From contig CALWBV010000003.1 of NCBI GenBank assembly GCA_944376205.1, positions 101,678 through 165,677 on the forward strand: a stretch of 64,000 nucleotides of DNA, read 5' to 3'. Each line of letters opens with the position of its first letter. Position 1 is the stretch's first letter. Below are positions 9,408 through 17,400 of the stretch, piece by piece. Source of the DNA: an uncultured Christensenellaceae bacterium. GTDB taxonomy: Bacteria > Bacillota > Clostridia > Christensenellales > UBA3700. The notes under the pieces are model-generated. The model ran no database searches and was not told the DNA's origin. It saw only the letters and a list, made by a program, of their open reading frames with translations. The position numbers and the translations under genes were made by a program.

Positions 9408-10109
9408 ATGTGGGAAAAAATTAAAAGATTGCTTGCAAAGATATTCCATATACAAGAATCTACAGTCGATTTTATCGGAGGAGGAGAGGCATTGCCCGAA
9501 CCTCTTGATCCCGAAGAAGAGAAAACTCTTGTTGCTAAATATATTGCCGGTGACAGTAATGCGAGAACAAAATTGATCGAACATAATCTGCGCCTTGTCG
9601 TATATATTGCAAAAAAGTTTGAAAATACAAATGTTGACATAGAGGATTTGATTTCCGTGGGAACAATCGGTCTTATAAAGGCGGTAAATTCTTTCGATGA
9701 CAGCAAGCAGATAAAATTAGCGACCTACGCAAGTCGTTGCATAGAGAACGAAATTCTCATGCATTTGAGAAAAGTAGTCAAAACCCGCAACGAACTTTCC
9801 CTCGACGAACCTCTGAATGTCGACGGAGAGGGCAACGTGCTTCTTTTGTCTGACGTATTGGGAACGGAAAGTGACGTCATATATAAGGATCTCGAAAACG
9901 ATGTCGAAAAAGACATCCTCATTGCATCTTTCAACAAGTTGCCTCCAAGAGAAAGACAAATCGTAAAAATGAGATTCGGAATACTCGGGGCAGAACAAAA
10001 AACGCAAAAAGAGATTGCCGATATGTTCGGAATAAGCCAATCGTATATTTCGAGACTTGAAAAAAAGGTTATCAATAAACTCAAAAAAGAAATGTCGAAA
10101 ATGGTTTAG
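9408..10109 (+). CDS. sigE: sporulation sigma factor pro-sigma-E
   Basis: GGAGGTG SD then ATG 9408. Pro-sequence followed by [11 protein letters not shown], then region 2 ([42 protein letters not shown]) and region 4. Confidence 0.9.
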   Translation: MWEKIKRLLAKIFHIQESTVDFIGGGEALPEPLDPEEEKTLVAKYIAGDSNARTKLIEHNLRLVVYIAKKFENTNVDIEDLISVGTIGLIKAVNSFDDSKQIKLATYASRCIENEILMHLRKVVKTRNELSLDEPLNVDGEGNVLLLSDVLGTESDVIYKDLENDVEKDILIASFNKLPPRERQIVKMRFGILGAEQKTQKEIADMFGISQSYISRLEKKVINKLKKEMSKMV

Positions 10110-10116
10110 TTTTTTT

Positions 10117-10845
10117 GTACCGCCGAGAAGGGATGCTCACTGTATGTAAGTGTGTCTTTTGCGCTCTTTTTATTTCGTCGTCATCGTAATACAACAAGTA
10201 TTACTTCTTCCTTCTCGACAAAAATCATCGCAAAATCCGCTACTTACATACTAGTTCGCCCCCCTTCTCGGCGGTACTGTGTTATATACTATGTATTCAG
10301 TTTAAAGTTTGCGCCCTTTTTATTTCGTCGTCATCGTAATACAACAAGTATTACTTCTTCCTTCTCGACAAAAATCATCGCAAAATCCACTACTTACATA
10401 CTAGTTCGCCCCCCTTCTCGGCGGTACTGTGTTATATACTATGTATTTAGTTTAAAGTTTGCGCCCTTTTTATTTCGTCATCATCGTAATACAACAAGTA
10501 TTACTTCTTCCTCTCGACAAAAATCATCGCAAAATGCGCTACTTACATACTAGTTCGCCCCCCTTCTCGGCGGTACTAGGTTATATACTATGTATTTAGT
10601 TTAATGTTTGCGTCCTTTTTATTTCGTCGTCATCGTAATACAACAAGTATTACTTCTTCCTTCTCGACAAAAATCATCGCAAAATCCACTACTTACATAC
10701 TAGTTCGCCCCCCTTCTCGGCGGTACTGTGTTATATACTATGTATTTAGTTTAATGTTTGCGTCCTTTTTATTTCGTCATCATCATAATACGGCAAGTAT
10801 TACTTCTTCTTTCTCAACGTAAATCATCGAAAAATCAATAGTTTG
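10117..10845. repeat. tandem array of a 150-bp unit (about 4.6 copies) preceded by an inverted partial copy
   Basis: Copies lie at 10161-10310, 10311-10460, 10461-10609 (1-bp deletion) and 10610-10759, with a decayed copy at 10760-~10845. Copies 1 and 2 differ at 3/150 positions. The left arm (10117-10151) is the reverse complement of each unit's 3' end. Confidence 0.9.
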
Positions 10846-11043
10846 CAGCAATTTGTATTGTCAAGCGGCAGTATAGCGTAATTTTGCATTGTATAACACG
10901 CAATGCCGATGCCGATACAAGATTGCATGCGGTATAAAATTTTCTAAAATTTGTATCAAAAATCTTCGTATATTTTACAAAATTCTGCAAATAATACCAT
11001 TAATCTCAATTTACCTTCTGTACATACAAATGCGGAGGTGATT

Positions 11044-11808
11044 ATGCATAAAGTTGTGATCAACGGTATTGATACCCATTCTCTTCCAAAACTAAAGGCA
11101 AAGGAGTGCGATGAGTTGCTTGCTTTGGCTAAAAAAGGCGATAAAGACGCAAAAGACAAGCTTGTTGTGGCAAACATCAGACTGGTATTGTCAATAGTTC
11201 AGAGATTTTCTAACAGAGCAGGAAGCGATGATTTGTTTCAATCGGGTATGATAGGACTTATGAAAGCGATAGACGGTTTTGATCCTAAATTCAACGTACG
11301 CTTTTCGACTTATGCAGTGCCTATGATTTCGGGAGAAATAAGGCGCTTTATTAAGGACAGTACGGGAATAAAAGTGAGCAGAAGTATGAGAGATACTGCA
11401 TATAAGGCATTAAAAGCAAAAGAGATGCTCGAACTTAAAAACGCTACTTCGCCTACAATGCTTGAAATTGCAGCAGAAATAGATTTGCCTGTAAGAGAAG
11501 TCGTATGCGCACTCGATGCGGTAAGCGAAACGGTATCTTTGCAAGAATGCGTATATAATGACGGCGAGGACGGATTGCTATTGATGGAACAGATTGCCGA
11601 TAGCGGTCAAAGCGAAGAGGTATGGTCCACAAATCTTGCTTTAAGAGAGGGGATAAAAGCTCTTCCCGAAAGAGAGAAAAACGTATTGACAATGAGATAT
11701 TATCTCGGTAAGACACAAATGGAGATTTCTGACAGCTTGGGGATATCTCAAGCACAAGTAAGCCGACTCGAAAAAAACGCACTCGGAAAAATAAGAGAAT
11801 GTCTTTAA
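11044..11808 (+). CDS. sigG: sporulation sigma factor sigma-G
   Basis: GGAGGTG SD then ATG 11044. N-terminus ...INGIDTHSLPKLK, VVANIRLVLSIVQRF, and group-3 sigma regions 2-4. It lies downstream of sigE. The track start 10951 has no SD. Confidence 0.85.
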   Translation: MHKVVINGIDTHSLPKLKAKECDELLALAKKGDKDAKDKLVVANIRLVLSIVQRFSNRAGSDDLFQSGMIGLMKAIDGFDPKFNVRFSTYAVPMISGEIRRFIKDSTGIKVSRSMRDTAYKALKAKEMLELKNATSPTMLEIAAEIDLPVREVVCALDAVSETVSLQECVYNDGEDGLLLMEQIADSGQSEEVWSTNLALREGIKALPEREKNVLTMRYYLGKTQMEISDSLGISQAQVSRLEKNALGKIRECL

Positions 11809-11862
11809 TAAAATCCGTCATATTTCCTGCTATAGCGAATATGTTATACAAGAGAGGTAAAT

Positions 11863-12150
11863 ATGACGGATTTATCATTTTGTACTTTGAGAGAAAAAGT
11901 CGTAGTCAACGTATGTGACGGAAAAAGACTCGGGCACATTATTGATATTAATTTTAATTCTCACGGACAAATATTGGGTATGATAGTGCCGGGTGACAGA
12001 AAGTTTATGAAAAGCCTTTCTGCGGGGGACAGTATCTATATACCTTGGAGATGTATCGTAAAGATAGGAGAAGACACCATTTTAGTAGAATTAAAGGGCG
12101 AAATTCCTCCTTCTTCATGCGGTAAAATATGCTCGGGAAACTGTCGTTGA
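11863..12150 (+). CDS. YlmC/YmxH-family sporulation protein (PRC barrel)
   Basis: A 95-aa protein with VVNVCDGKRLGHIIDINF...IPWRCIVKIGEDTILVE, typical of YlmC/YmxH. It follows sigG as in B. subtilis. It has a short Cys-rich tail. Confidence 0.75.
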   Translation: MTDLSFCTLREKVVVNVCDGKRLGHIIDINFNSHGQILGMIVPGDRKFMKSLSAGDSIYIPWRCIVKIGEDTILVELKGEIPPSSCGKICSGNCR

Positions 12151-12192
12151 AACAATATATAGTTGTTTAAGCTACAAAATATCATCAAAATG

Positions 12193-12221
12193 TAGACAAA
12201 TTTTTCTTTTTGTAATATAAT
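12193..12221 (+). promoter_or_regulatory. sigma-A-type promoter of nrdR
   Basis: TAGACA (12193-12198), 17-nt spacer, TATAAT (12216-12221). GGAGG SD lies before ATG 12250. Confidence 0.55.
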
Positions 12222-12249
12222 TTACGTAGAGATATTTTGGAGGCAGTGT

Positions 12250-12729
12250 ATGAAATGTAGCTTTTGCGGCTGTCTTGACAGCAAGGTCGTAGATAGCAGA
12301 CAAAACGAAGATGGTACGTCTATCAGAAGACGTCGTGAGTGCATGAATTGCGGAAAAAGATTTACCACATACGAGACGATAGAAACGACTCCCGTAATGG
12401 TTGTCAAGAAAAACGGCGGACGTCAACAATTCTCGGCAGCAAAACTCAAGGCGGGAATATTGAGAGCGTGCGAAAAGCGACCTGTACCTATGATGCTTAT
12501 AGACAGACTTGTCGAGGATATCGAACGTAAAATCGCAAACAACCTTTCACAAGAAGTTACTTCCAAGCAGATAGGCGAATACGTTATGGAAGGCTTGAAA
12601 AAGATAGACGAAGTAGCGTACGTAAGATTTGCGGCGGTATACAGAGAGTTTAAGGATATCGAAAGCTGGCTCAGTGAAATCAATACGATTCTTAAAGATA
12701 AAAACAACGATTCTGCAGAAAATAAATAG
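12250..12729 (+). CDS. nrdR: transcriptional repressor NrdR
   Basis: MKCSFCG...SKVVDSR...RRRRECMNCGKRFTTYE zinc ribbon followed by an ATP-cone. Confidence 0.95.
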   Translation: MKCSFCGCLDSKVVDSRQNEDGTSIRRRRECMNCGKRFTTYETIETTPVMVVKKNGGRQQFSAAKLKAGILRACEKRPVPMMLIDRLVEDIERKIANNLSQEVTSKQIGEYVMEGLKKIDEVAYVRFAAVYREFKDIESWLSEINTILKDKNNDSAENK

Positions 12730-12750
12730 TTTAATAGATTTTTGAATAAA

Positions 12751-12780
12751 AAAAGACGCTTTTAATGAGCGTCTTTTTTG
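12751..12780 (+). terminator. intrinsic terminator after nrdR
   Basis: AAAAGACGC (12751-12759) pairs with GCGTCTTTT (12769-12777), a 9-bp stem followed by a T run. Confidence 0.8.
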
Positions 12781-12794
12781 TTAAGTTGTCGATA

Positions 12795-12823
12795 TTGACA
12801 AAAACTATTAATTATGTTAACAT
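12795..12823 (+). promoter_or_regulatory. sigma-A-type promoter upstream of the small TM ORF
   Basis: TTGACA (12795-12800), 17-nt spacer, TGtTAACAT extended -10 (12815-12823). Confidence 0.45.
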
Positions 12824-12897
12824 CGAATTAATCAATATTTTTAGTTACGAAAGTTTTATTTAACATTTCAAAAAAACTTTATGAATAGGGGGCTAAA

Positions 12898-13107
12898 ATG
12901 ATAAATACGGAATTGCAAAACAATAATGATCGAATAAATAAAAGCATTGACGATAATACGCAAAATGACGCAAAAGTAATAAAAGACGATATAAAGGACA
13001 TAAAAAGAGACGTTAAAGTTCTAAAAATCTTTAGTATCATTACAGCTTTGTCTACAACTTTGATAGCAATTATCTGGATATTGTACTTTTTCATAATTCA
13101 GTATTAA
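12898..13107 (+). CDS. hypothetical small tail-anchored membrane protein (69 aa)
   Basis: AGGGGG SD sits 6 nt before the ATG. The N-terminal half is charged and coiled-coil-like; the C-terminal part is a single TM (IFSIITALSTTLIAIIWILYFFII). No family was recognised. An overlapping minus-strand ORF lacks an SD. Confidence 0.4.
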   Translation: MINTELQNNNDRINKSIDDNTQNDAKVIKDDIKDIKRDVKVLKIFSIITALSTTLIAIIWILYFFIIQY

Positions 13108-13249
13108 TATCTAAAAGAATGCAAATACAGCTTAAATAAAGCTATTTAGATGATTTGTGTCTGATAGGATTTAATAAAAAACGACGATTATTTGTAATTA
13201 TTCGACAATATTCTGCATAAAATTTAGCGTATCAATTCAGAGGTGAGCT

Positions 13250-13951
13250 ATGATTTTATCGGGACTTTTGGCGATTTTAAGCAATATTTTTTTCTTTACG
13301 GGATACATTCAGAATACCAATGCTTTTCCTAAACCACTCGATCCGCAAAGAGAAAAAGAGCTTCTCGAAGAAATGTTTAAGGGAAGCAAAACTGCAAAAG
13401 ACGAACTTGCAAAGCACAATATGCGACTTGTAGTACATATCGTCAAAAAGTATTCTAACTATCATGACAACGACGAGTTGATAAGCGTAGGATCAATAGG
13501 ACTCGTAAAAGCCCTCAACAGTTATTCTAGCGATAAAGGTACGCAGTTTGCGACATACGCTGCCAGATGTATAGAAAACGAAATCCTTATGACTTTGAGA
13601 GCCAACAAAAAAAATATGAACAATAAGTCTCTTTATGAGCCGATAAGTTTCGATAAAGAAGGAAACGAGGTTACTCTCATCGACCTGATAGGACAGGACG
13701 AAGAGAGCGTTATCGGAATAGTAGAGAATAAGTTTGCTACACAAAAACTTATGGAAGTTATAAAAACTCAACTTACCGAAAGAGAATATCAGATCATCTC
13801 AATGCGATACGGTTTGGATAATAAAGAGCCTATGACGCAAAAACAAGTTGCGCAGAGATTTGAGATATCAAGATCTTACGTATCCAGAATAGAGACAAGG
13901 GTACTTGCAAAATTAAAGGCGTATATGATAAAAGAAAAAATATTTTTCTGA
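13250..13951 (+). CDS. sigK: sporulation sigma factor pro-sigma-K (uninterrupted)
   Basis: GAGGTGA SD. Hydrophobic pro-sequence ending ...GYIQNTNAFPKPL (compare B. subtilis SYVKNNAFPQPL), then HNMRLVVHIVKKY and [14 protein letters not shown]. It is one continuous ORF with no skin-like insertion. Confidence 0.85.
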   Translation: MILSGLLAILSNIFFFTGYIQNTNAFPKPLDPQREKELLEEMFKGSKTAKDELAKHNMRLVVHIVKKYSNYHDNDELISVGSIGLVKALNSYSSDKGTQFATYAARCIENEILMTLRANKKNMNNKSLYEPISFDKEGNEVTLIDLIGQDEESVIGIVENKFATQKLMEVIKTQLTEREYQIISMRYGLDNKEPMTQKQVAQRFEISRSYVSRIETRVLAKLKAYMIKEKIFF

Positions 13952-13964
13952 AAATATGCGATGT

Positions 13965-13993
13965 TTGACAAGATATGCGGCTTGTGATATAAT
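13965..13993 (+). promoter_or_regulatory. consensus sigma-A promoter of RNase P RNA
   Basis: TTGACA (13965-13970), 17-nt spacer, TGaTATAAT extended -10 (13985-13993). Confidence 0.75.
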
Positions 13994-13998
13994 CACTG

Positions 13999-14324
13999 TG
14001 CAAGACAGCCAGACTATCGCAGACCGTAAGGGATGAGGAAAGTCCGAGCACCACAAGGCAGAGTGCTGGCTAACTACCAGTCAGGGTGACCTGAAGGAAA
14101 GTGCAACAGAAATAGACCGCCTGCCTATGCAGGTAAGGATGGAAAGGCGAGGTAAGAGCTCACCGTCCCTGCGGCGACGCGGGGAGCCATGTAAACCCCA
14201 CTCGGTGCAAGAGAAATCGACTATAAGTAGCCTGCTTGTCGTAAAATCGCTTGAGCATAACGGCAACGTTATGCCTAGACAGATGATAGTCTAATACAGA
14301 ACTCGGCTTACAGACTGTCTTGCA
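13999..14324 (+). ncRNA. rnpB: RNase P RNA (bacterial type A-like)
   Basis: P1 pairing TGCAAGACAG (13999-14008) with CTGTCTTGCA (14315-14324). P4 strands GAGGAAAGTCCGAGC and ACAGAACTCGGCTTA are present, plus GGTAAGAGCTCACCG and GTAAACCCCACTCGG conserved blocks. Confidence 0.9.
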
Positions 14325-14375
14325 TTCTATATCGCATTTATTATCATAAACAGATAAATTTCTATACATTCGTAG

Positions 14376-14400
14376 AATACACCGCAGGGTGTATTTTTTT
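14376..14400 (+). terminator. intrinsic terminator after rnpB
   Basis: ATACACC-gcag-GGTGTAT hairpin (14377-14394) followed by T7. Confidence 0.75.
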
Positions 14401-14433
14401 GTCGTTTTGCATATTTATTATTGCTAAAGATTT

Positions 14434-14464
14434 TTGATTAAATACTAAATTATGCGTCCATAAT
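14434..14464 (+). promoter_or_regulatory. possible promoter of the giant glucan-synthase-like gene
   Basis: TTGATT (14434-14439), 19-nt spacer, CATAAT (14459-14464). The -10 ends 6 nt before ATG 14471 and no SD is present. Confidence 0.35.
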
Positions 14465-14470
14465 CAAGAT

Positions 14471-17400
14471 ATGTTGTACGCTATAATTGTTGTATTGTTT
14501 ATAATATTGATTATTTTGATTCTTCTTGCCAAGAGACCGACAAGAAGAGAAGACATGCTGTCTCAAATGAATGAAAAAGATTTTGAAGACAATGTCAAAA
14601 GACTTGCCGTTAGTTTAAGGAGCGGTGAAGTCGTAGGGAATATCCCCAATATTGCCAAATATTTGAAGAAGATAAAAAGAGCATATAAAGTAACGCTTTC
14701 CAAAGTCGATTCAAAAACTCAACTGTACGAGTGTGAAAGATGGCTTTATGAAAACTATCATTCGCTTACGCTTGACGTAAAGCAAAGCGATTATAAGAGT
14801 TTTGCAAGACTTACGCATCATAAAAACAACGTGAGAATAATTCAGCTTGCACGTTTTTGCGTTGCGGCTTCAAACTGTAACGTGACAGGAGAAATTGTCG
14901 AAAAGACAATAAAGGAGTTTAATTCTTATACGCCGTTACATTACGATGAAGTATTGAATCTCGATAAGGCTTTCACGTATGCGCTTATTGAAAGAATTGC
15001 AGACATCTGCGATAAAATTACGCTGTGGGATAAACTCAAAGCCAATGCAATAGCGGATGCAGAACCTGTAAAAAGGCTGTGCAAATACGACGCATACCTT
15101 TATTTTTACAAACATACAGGCAAATATCTTGACGAAAAATATTTTTATAAAATCAATGATATCAATCCTGATAATATTGATTTGACTTTTACCGACGATC
15201 TAGTTGATTACAGCGTCATTATTTCTAATTGCATCAATTCTGCAAAGTCGGTAAAAGATATATTCAGAGACGATTTCAAGATAAAACTTTGTTCTGTCTA
15301 CGATATTATGTGTGAGGACGAAATTTATAATAATATGGATCTTTGTTCTCAATACGCTTACATCGGAGCCGTTGAAAAATTGTCGTCGCTTTACGGCGCA
15401 AGCGAAAGGTCGATAGCAGAAATTTCGCTTCGACTTGCAAAAGCTTACGGCGTGCACTTCGGAGAAATAATCTACGATTACAGATATGCCATAAAAGGAT
15501 ATTTGCATTCGTTTACGCCTCAAGTCCTTAAAAAACCTACTACAAAGGTCGATCAGAGACTTTATGCGACTGTTACGGCGCTATTGTCATTGGTGTTTAC
15601 CACAGTGTCAGTATTGATATTTATTCCCGAAATAACTTATATGGTATTTTCCGGAATACTTTCTTTGTTCGGAAGCGTTCCGACTGCGAGATTCATTGTA
15701 AAAATGATAGTCGGACGTATTCTTCCCGAAAGAAACGTGGCAAGAATGAATTATGAAAAGCTGCCGCACGAAGGCAAGACTATGTGTGTGGTAAGTCAAT
15801 ATATATCCACTTTGGAGCAAGCAGAAGAAGCCTGTCAAAAAATCAGTGCGCTTGCGGCAGTCAATGAGGACGATATGCTGTCATATGCGATTCTTGCAGA
15901 TTTCAAAACTTCAGATAAGGAAATCGACGATAGCGACCTTGATATCGTTATGCATATGCGAAAAATGCTTGAAGGCAAAGAAAACATCAACTTGTTTGTA
16001 AGAAAACGTATTTTGAAAGACGGTAAATGGATTGCAAAGGAGCGCAAAAGAGGAGCAATAGAAGCACTAAACAACGCTTTGATTTCAGATGACTTCAAAG
16101 AGTTTGCCTATGTCGTGAATCCTGTCGAAAAGCCTAATTTTATATTGCTTCTGGACGATGACAATATCTTGGCTCCCGGAAGCGTAAAGCAAGCAGTCAA
16201 CACAATGTTACATCCGCTCAACGCAAAATACTCGATAATGTCATTCGATTGCAAATACAGACTTTCGTCTCTCAAAACGATATGGTCAAAGCGATATTTG
16301 TCAGACAGCGGAGCGGACGAATATTGTCAGTATGGCGATTTTTATTATAAATTGTCAGGAAGAAGTATTTTCTGCGGCAAAGGTATATACAGATTAGACG
16401 ATTTTACGACTCAACTCAAAAATAAATTGCCTGAAGGAAAAATTTTGAGTCATGATATAATAGAGGGAGCAATGGCTGAATGCGGAAGTTTGGGTATTGT
16501 CACTTACGAAGATGCTCCCGACAGCTTTGTGAGTCATATTACAAGAGAGGAAAGATGGCACAGGGGAGATATACTTCTTATGCCTTACGTATTCTCTAAA
16601 AACGTAAAACAGCCTTTTTATAAGTATGTTATGTCCTACAACATTCTTGCTACTATTCTGCCGCTTGTCAACATTGTTGTTCTCATTGCCGCAATGTTGA
16701 CGTCAAAAGCCTTGTTTTTAGTTCCGTTCGGCATTTCTTTCGGAGGTACGTATCTTATAAGATACGGGCTTTGTCTCAATGCGTTGAATTACGACAAAAG
16801 ATTAAGGTATGTAGTCAAAGACTTTATCGGCGAGATCGTTGCGACTGTTTACGACTTTCTGATGTTACCGTTTTATGCGGTATTCGCAATTGTATTATGG
16901 GTAGGACTGGCAATAAAAGCTTTGTTTGATAAAGGACGTCTTACAGAATGGAAAACGTTTTATTCTTCTCAAAAGACTGCTAACGCAAACAGACATTTCG
17001 CGATGATATTGCCGTCGGTATTTGCATGTGTGATATTAGGCGCTTTGACAATGAATATCTATCTGATGCTGTATCTCGGGGCTTACGTTGCGACAGTTTT
17101 ATTGACGGCATTGTCGACGAAAAAAGTCGATAATACTGCGTATGTCTTTGCGGAGTCAGACAGAGAAATTCTTGAAAATATTGCCAACAAAACTCTCAAA
17201 TATTTTGAGACTAATCTTGAAGAAAACGCACTTATTTGCGATAATTATCAAGCTTTTCCTCATAAACAGGCAAATACTTTTACTTCGCCTACAAACATAG
17301 GATTTGCTTTGCTTTCGCATATTGCAGGGTATAGAATCGGCAGAAAAAGTATCGAAGATTGCCTTTTAGGATTGTCTAAATCCGTCGAGCTTATCGAAGA

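Noticed and set aside
10152-10822. ORFs 10152-10553 (133 aa) and 10604-10822 (72 aa) could encode a protein with 50-aa tandem repeats, because the 150-bp repeat unit keeps the frame open.
   Set aside because: There is no SD and only a GTG start inside the left inverted arm. The frame is broken by the 1-bp deletion in copy 3. The composition is odd (R/S/T/F/Y-rich) with no recognisable motif. The open frame is most simply a side effect of the 150-bp period. It could still be tested with Ribo-seq.
10117-10845. The repeat region could be a CRISPR array.
   Set aside because: The units are contiguous 150-bp near-identical copies with no unique spacers. No cas genes are in the window. The repeat is far longer than CRISPR repeats.
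10161-10845. Spo0A-box-like heptamers occur inside each repeat unit (CTCGACA, TTCGTCG, GTCGTCA).
   Set aside because: Each is only a 6/7 match. By rough estimate, one or two such matches are expected by chance per 150 bp on both strands, so there is no convincing enrichment.
12879-13094. A minus-strand 71-aa hydrophobic ORF overlaps the small + strand ORF.
   Set aside because: It has no SD or promoter context on the minus strand. The + strand ORF has both. The hydrophobicity is the mirror image of an AT-rich TM-coding segment.
13201-13225. Upstream of sigK there is a perfect 0A-box reverse complement (TTCGACA, 13201-13207) and a CATAAAAT -10-like element (13216-13223).
   Set aside because: It is a single 7-mer, and sigK is not a known direct Spo0A target. 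The mother-cell-type -10 lacks a matching -35 at the right distance. It is noted only as something to scan properly.
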